A stretch of DNA of 64,000 nucleotides from an uncultured Collinsella sp. (GTDB lineage: Bacteria > Actinomycetota > Coriobacteriia > Coriobacteriales > Coriobacteriaceae), in NCBI GenBank assembly GCA_900756765.1, contig CAAELE010000029.1, positions 6,221 through 70,220 of the forward strand. The letters run 5' to 3'. A program made the translations under genes and the position numbers. Numbering within the stretch: position 1 is the first letter of the stretch; every line of letters starts with the position of its first letter. The notes beneath the pieces were generated by a model. That model had not been told where the DNA came from. It worked only from the letters and a program-made list of their open reading frames with translations, and searched no databases. Shown here piece after piece: positions 59,812 to 64,000 of this stretch.

Positions 59812-60816
59812 ATGGCCGCTGTTAAAAAATCGGTTTCCGTTAAGGATGTGGCGCGTCTCGCGGGCGTCTCGGAACAGACGGTCTCGCGCACCGTGCACGA
59901 TTCGCCCAGCGTGCGCCCCGAGACCAAGGAGCGCGTGCGCGCCGCCATGCGCGAACTTGGCTACCGTCCAAACTTTGCCGGCCGGTCACTGCGCCGCGGC
60001 AAGTTCAAGACGGTCGGCGTCGCCATGTTCAACATTACCGGCACCGGCAACCTCGACCGTATGGAGGGTTTTGCCGCCGCCGCCGACAAGCACGGCTATG
60101 CCATCACCCTTACTAAAGTAGATGGACATCCCTATACCCTCGAGAGCGCATCGTCGCGCATGAGCGCGCTGCCGGTGGACGGCATGGTCGTGATCATGAA
60201 CCGCATGCCGGCGGATTTTGGCACCTTTGAGCCGCTGCCCGGCATGCAGACGGTGCTCGTTACCATGTTGGAGCACCCGCTGTGCTCGACGGTCGACAAC
60301 GACCAGTTCGATTGCTCGCGCCAGGTTGTCGAGTACTTGCTGGGGCAGGGGCACAAGACCGTGCACTTTATCTCGTGTCCCGAGCGCTCGCTTTCGGGCA
60401 TGCGGCGCGAGGAGGGCTGGCGTGAGACATTGCGTGCGCATGGTATTGAGCCGCCGCGATTCATTCGTGGCGATTGGACGGCGCAGAGCGGCTATGCTGC
60501 CGGTCAGGCTCTGGCAGACGATCCGACCTGCACGGCCATTTATGCTTCCAACGACGCCATGGCCTACGGCTGCATCCGTGGACTCGAGTCGCGCGGGAAG
60601 CGCGTGCCCCAGGACGTGAGCGTGGTGGGTGTTGATGACAGCCTGGGCGATATCGTGCCCGATCGTCGCCTGACCACGGTGCGTTTTGACAACAAGCGCG
60701 TCGGCATGTGGGCGGTCGACAAGATTGCTGGCGCCGAGGGCGTTGCACCTGGTGTGGAGCACATGCTGTTTCCGGGCGTGCTCGTCGAGGGCGATACGGT
60801 GCGCGATGTACGCTAG
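59812..60816 (+). CDS. LacI-family regulator
   Basis: KDVARLAGVS..TVSR, LGYRPN, NDAMA, VPQDVSVVGVDD. Confidence 0.93.
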   Translation: MAAVKKSVSVKDVARLAGVSEQTVSRTVHDSPSVRPETKERVRAAMRELGYRPNFAGRSLRRGKFKTVGVAMFNITGTGNLDRMEGFAAAADKHGYAITLTKVDGHPYTLESASSRMSALPVDGMVVIMNRMPADFGTFEPLPGMQTVLVTMLEHPLCSTVDNDQFDCSRQVVEYLLGQGHKTVHFISCPERSLSGMRREEGWRETLRAHGIEPPRFIRGDWTAQSGYAAGQALADDPTCTAIYASNDAMAYGCIRGLESRGKRVPQDVSVVGVDDSLGDIVPDRRLTTVRFDNKRVGMWAVDKIAGAEGVAPGVEHMLFPGVLVEGDTVRDVR

Positions 60817-61037
60817 GGTAAAGACCTGTTTGGGTTGCCGATAATTGTGTTTGGTGTTTGATATTGTTCGGATTGGTTTAAAAACCGTTCACGGGCGAAA
60901 AGCAACCGTTCATAGCTCGAAATTGCGTTTTGCGCTGTTCTTTTTTGTTTGAATGTTACTGTTCCTGTCATACACAGCGCAGCGCGTATGCCCGGACGCG
61001 ATGCTCTCCGTTGGTTCATATGTGAAAGGAACGCAAT

Positions 61038-61376
61038 ATGGCAACCAAAGAAGAAATCTCGATGGTTGGATTCGAGATTGTCGCATACGCGGGCGACGCC
61101 CAGACTGATCTGCTTGCAGCGCTCGATGCTGCTCGCGAGGGCGATTTTGAGAAGGCCGAGCAGCTGCACAAGGATGCGAGCGATGCACTCATCGGCGCTC
61201 ACGACACGCAGACCAAGCTGCTGTCGCAGGAGGCCGGCGGCGGCGAGATGGAGATGACCTTCATCATGGCTCACGCTCAGGATACTCTCATGACCACCAT
61301 GATCCTGGAGAAGCAGACCCGCTTTACCATCGATGCCTATAAGCGCATCGCCGCACTCGAAGCTAAGCTCGCCTAA
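61038..61376 (+). CDS. lacF: Lactose PTS IIA
   Basis: GFEIVAYAGDA, AHDTQT, MAHAQDTLMT. Confidence 0.88.
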   Translation: MATKEEISMVGFEIVAYAGDAQTDLLAALDAAREGDFEKAEQLHKDASDALIGAHDTQTKLLSQEAGGGEMEMTFIMAHAQDTLMTTMILEKQTRFTIDAYKRIAALEAKLA

Positions 61377-61448
61377 CGAGCCCGCACAACCAAGTCCCCT
61401 TCCAAAAACCTTGCCGCTACCCGCGGCAGGGTTTTTCTGTCCTCCTCC

Positions 61449-61571
61449 AAGTTGCGGTGGAATAGGGACTGAATAGGGGCTGGCGGGCACAAAACAATCC
61501 CTATTCCATCGCAACTCATCCCGAGATAGTCATTGGGGACGTTCTTAAATGATTGGTCATTGGGGACAGCC
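61449..61571. repeat. REP-like cluster: 70-bp hairpin (copy 3) plus partial GGGGACGTTC repeat
   Basis: gttgcggtggaataggga...tccctattccatcgcaac, then tagtcattggggacgttcttaaa as at 21221. Confidence 0.75.
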
Positions 61572-61660
61572 TTGGTGCGCACCGTTGTCCTCCCGTTCGG
61601 TTTTTTACTGGGTGGGTATACTTCCATCCGCAATACAGGCCGGACTGAGGAGGTATCCAA

Positions 61661-62674
61661 ATGCCGGACAATGGATCGATTCAAAAGAGAGGCGCGCACG
61701 AGATGGCTCATGGGCGTCCTGTCCAGATAACCGAGCACACGACGGTAACCGAGCTGCAGCCCAGCCTGTCCGATGTCGTGTGCGCAAACAAAAAGCTGCA
61801 GATTGGCTTTATCGTTGCGCTCGTGGTGCTGGCGTTGCTGTCGGGATTTGTCGCACGCCCACACTTTGCCGATACCAAGACTTGGGACTCCACCATCGAG
61901 GTCATCGACCAAAAGAAAGGCAACGTACTGGCGCTCACGACCTCGTGCGTCGCCCTATCTGCGGGTATCACTGCGCTGCCGGGTGATACGGGAACACCGG
62001 TTGCCGAGCAGCTCGCGCAGCTTTCAGGCAACCTTGGTATCGTGCTTGCCGTGCTCTACCTCGAGAAATATCTGCTGACCATTTTGTGGTCGGTTGGCTT
62101 GGGCATCTTAATCCCGTTTGCGTTGGTGCTCTTTGCGATTTCACTTGGCATTCACGGACGCTGGAGCACGAGTGCCGTCCTGCGCCGCGTGGCGACCCGC
62201 GTGCTGGTAGTCGCCATGATCGGCATGGCGTTGGTGCCTGCAAGCGTGTGGGTATCGCAAAAGGTCGACGAGACATATCGCGTCAGCATTGAACAGGCCG
62301 AGCAAAAGGCGGCCGACGCTGCGAGTGCGGCAGATAGCGACAGCTCCAAAGCAAGCAAGAAAAAGACCGAGTCCACAGAGTCCAAGAATGTGCTTGAGCA
62401 GCTTGCCGACGGCGCCTCGGGTCTCGTCACATCGGTGACCAGCGGTGCCAAGCAGATGACCGACGAGATCGTGCAGCAGGTGACCGATCTGATCGAAGGT
62501 GTCATCGTGATGATCGTGACCTCGTGCGTGATTCCACTGTTGGTGCTCGCGGCGTTTTTGTGGCTGGGGCACGTGCTACTGGGGATTGATATTTCCGGCC
62601 CGGCGAACTATTTGACGGGTCGCTTTCTGAGCGCTCCGTCCAAACATGTCAAGAAGAGCGGACGGTCTGAGTAG
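61661..62674 (+). CDS. Hypothetical multi-pass membrane protein
   Basis: GAGGAGG RBS, several TM segments, LPGDTGTPVA motif. Confidence 0.75.
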   Translation: MPDNGSIQKRGAHEMAHGRPVQITEHTTVTELQPSLSDVVCANKKLQIGFIVALVVLALLSGFVARPHFADTKTWDSTIEVIDQKKGNVLALTTSCVALSAGITALPGDTGTPVAEQLAQLSGNLGIVLAVLYLEKYLLTILWSVGLGILIPFALVLFAISLGIHGRWSTSAVLRRVATRVLVVAMIGMALVPASVWVSQKVDETYRVSIEQAEQKAADAASAADSDSSKASKKKTESTESKNVLEQLADGASGLVTSVTSGAKQMTDEIVQQVTDLIEGVIVMIVTSCVIPLLVLAAFLWLGHVLLGIDISGPANYLTGRFLSAPSKHVKKSGRSE

Positions 62675-62981
62675 CTAAAACAGCTGTATATACCGGGGAA
62701 TACCGCCGAAGGGCGGCCGAGACACGTTCTCGGTCGCCCTTTTGTTTGTTGAACACATGGTCGCTACGTCCGCACCGGGTCCAAACGGTCGGCAAGCATC
62801 CGTGAACGGTATTTGTTCAAAAAAGAACAAAGATAAACAAATAGTTGTTGCAGTCGATGTTCGAATGTGTTCAAATAAACATGAACAGTGAAGAACCGCA
62901 CATTCAGATGCCCGGACCTGAACGCGATTCAACACTTCCAAACAGAAACTACGCACCTGCGTATCTCTCAAGGAGGATGTC

Positions 62982-63410
62982 ATGAGGGTTGTAATCGCTT
63001 CCGATGCCGACGGTATGTCGATGAAGGAGTCCATCAAGGAGATGCTCATCGCCGACGGTCACGAGGTCGTCGACTATTCCGAGACCCCTGCCGCGGACTT
63101 TGTCGATTCCGCGACCGCCGTTGCCAAGGACCTGCTGGAGCACAAGGATTCCCAGGGTTTCGCATTCGATAAGTACGGCGTCGGCTCCTATATGGCCGCC
63201 GTCAAGATCAAGGGTATGGTCGTCGCCAACATTTCCGACGAGCGTTCCGCCTACATGACCCGCGAGCACAACGGCTCGCGCATGGTCACCATGGGCCCGG
63301 GCGTTGTGGGTACCGAGGTCGCCAAGAAGATCGCCCGCGAGTTCCTGCGCGCCCAGTACGCCGGCGGCCGTCACCAGATCCGTGTCGACATGCTCAACAA
63401 GATGGCCTAA
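62982..63410 (+). CDS. lacA: Galactose-6-phosphate isomerase subunit A
   Basis: SDERSAYMTREHN, YAGGRHQIRVDMLNKM. Confidence 0.93.
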   Translation: MRVVIASDADGMSMKESIKEMLIADGHEVVDYSETPAADFVDSATAVAKDLLEHKDSQGFAFDKYGVGSYMAAVKIKGMVVANISDERSAYMTREHNGSRMVTMGPGVVGTEVAKKIAREFLRAQYAGGRHQIRVDMLNKMA

Positions 63411-63473
63411 CGAGAGCCACCGAGAACTCGAACTTCTACCTCAACTTGTGAATTCAGACGAAAGGACGTTCTG

Positions 63474-63998
63474 ATGAAGAAGACCATCGCAATCGGTTGC
63501 GACCATATCGTTACGGACGAGAAGATCTATCTGGCCGACCGCCTGGAGCAGGCTGGCTACAAGGTGCTCGACTGCGGCACCTACAGCCACACCCGTACGC
63601 ACTATCCCATCTACGGTAAGGCCGTGGGCGAGGCCGTTGCCAGCGGCAAGGCCGACTTTGGCGTGGCACTGTGCGGCACCGGCATCGGCATCACCAACGC
63701 CGTCAACAAGGTTCCCGGCGCCCGCTGCGCCCTGGTCCGCGACATGACCTCTGCCCTGTATGCCCGTCGCGAGCTCAACGCCAACATCGTGGGCTTTGGC
63801 GGCAAGATCACCGGCGAGTTCCTGATGGCCGACATTATGCTTGCCTTCCTGGAGGAGCCCTACGAGAAGACCCCCGAGCACGATGCCCTGATTGCCAAGA
63901 TCGATGCCTGCAATAAGGCCGACGCCGAGGCTCAGGCTGACCCGCACTTCTTTGACGAGTTCCTCGAGAAGTGGGACCGCGGCGAATACCACGACTAA
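63474..63998 (+). CDS. lacB: Galactose-6-phosphate isomerase subunit B
   Basis: [32 protein letters not shown]. Confidence 0.93.
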   Translation: MKKTIAIGCDHIVTDEKIYLADRLEQAGYKVLDCGTYSHTRTHYPIYGKAVGEAVASGKADFGVALCGTGIGITNAVNKVPGARCALVRDMTSALYARRELNANIVGFGGKITGEFLMADIMLAFLEEPYEKTPEHDALIAKIDACNKADAEAQADPHFFDEFLEKWDRGEYHD

Positions 63999-64000
63999 GG

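Noticed and set aside
128..63992. Many long antisense ORFs (e.g. 11726-13471, 23175-24851, 31930-34005, 50512-52017)
   Set aside because: Shadow frames opposite well-supported GC-rich genes, with no recognisable motifs.
62982..64000. Missing lacD in the tagatose pathway
   Set aside because: The operon runs to the window edge, so lacD may follow.

Overview
GC-rich chromosomal window from an anaerobic gut actinobacterium. The gene set and codon style look Coriobacteriia/Collinsella-like (inference). Left: a gmu/cel-like beta-glycoside PTS locus (manA fragment, GntR, GH1, IIC/IIB/IIA, ROK kinase) whose IIC gene carries an in-frame TAG. Middle: housekeeping genes (ppaC, nhaA, tatA/tatC, hypA/hypB, topA, tmk, holB, PSP1/ricT, comF, hpf, degV, icd-like). 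Right: about 28 kb of sugar catabolism (GalNAc-type mannose-family PTS with agaS/nagA/lacC, galactitol-family PTS, lactose PTS lacE/lacF/lacG, lacA/lacB), plus tRNA-Thr(CGT) and a lower-GC Fic gene. The most unusual non-coding structure is a five-unit, 80-bp-period array of hairpins with variable linkers, next to the Fic gene, which itself has a perfect 31-bp inverted repeat upstream. Other notable items: several families of dispersed inverted-repeat elements (one pair brackets a two-gene insert between topA and tmk), an AACGGT motif paired at 21-bp spacing upstream of four sugar loci, an orphan PTS IIB paralog lacking the catalytic His, and a duplicated nagA 3' remnant. All calls come from reading the sequence; no searches were run.
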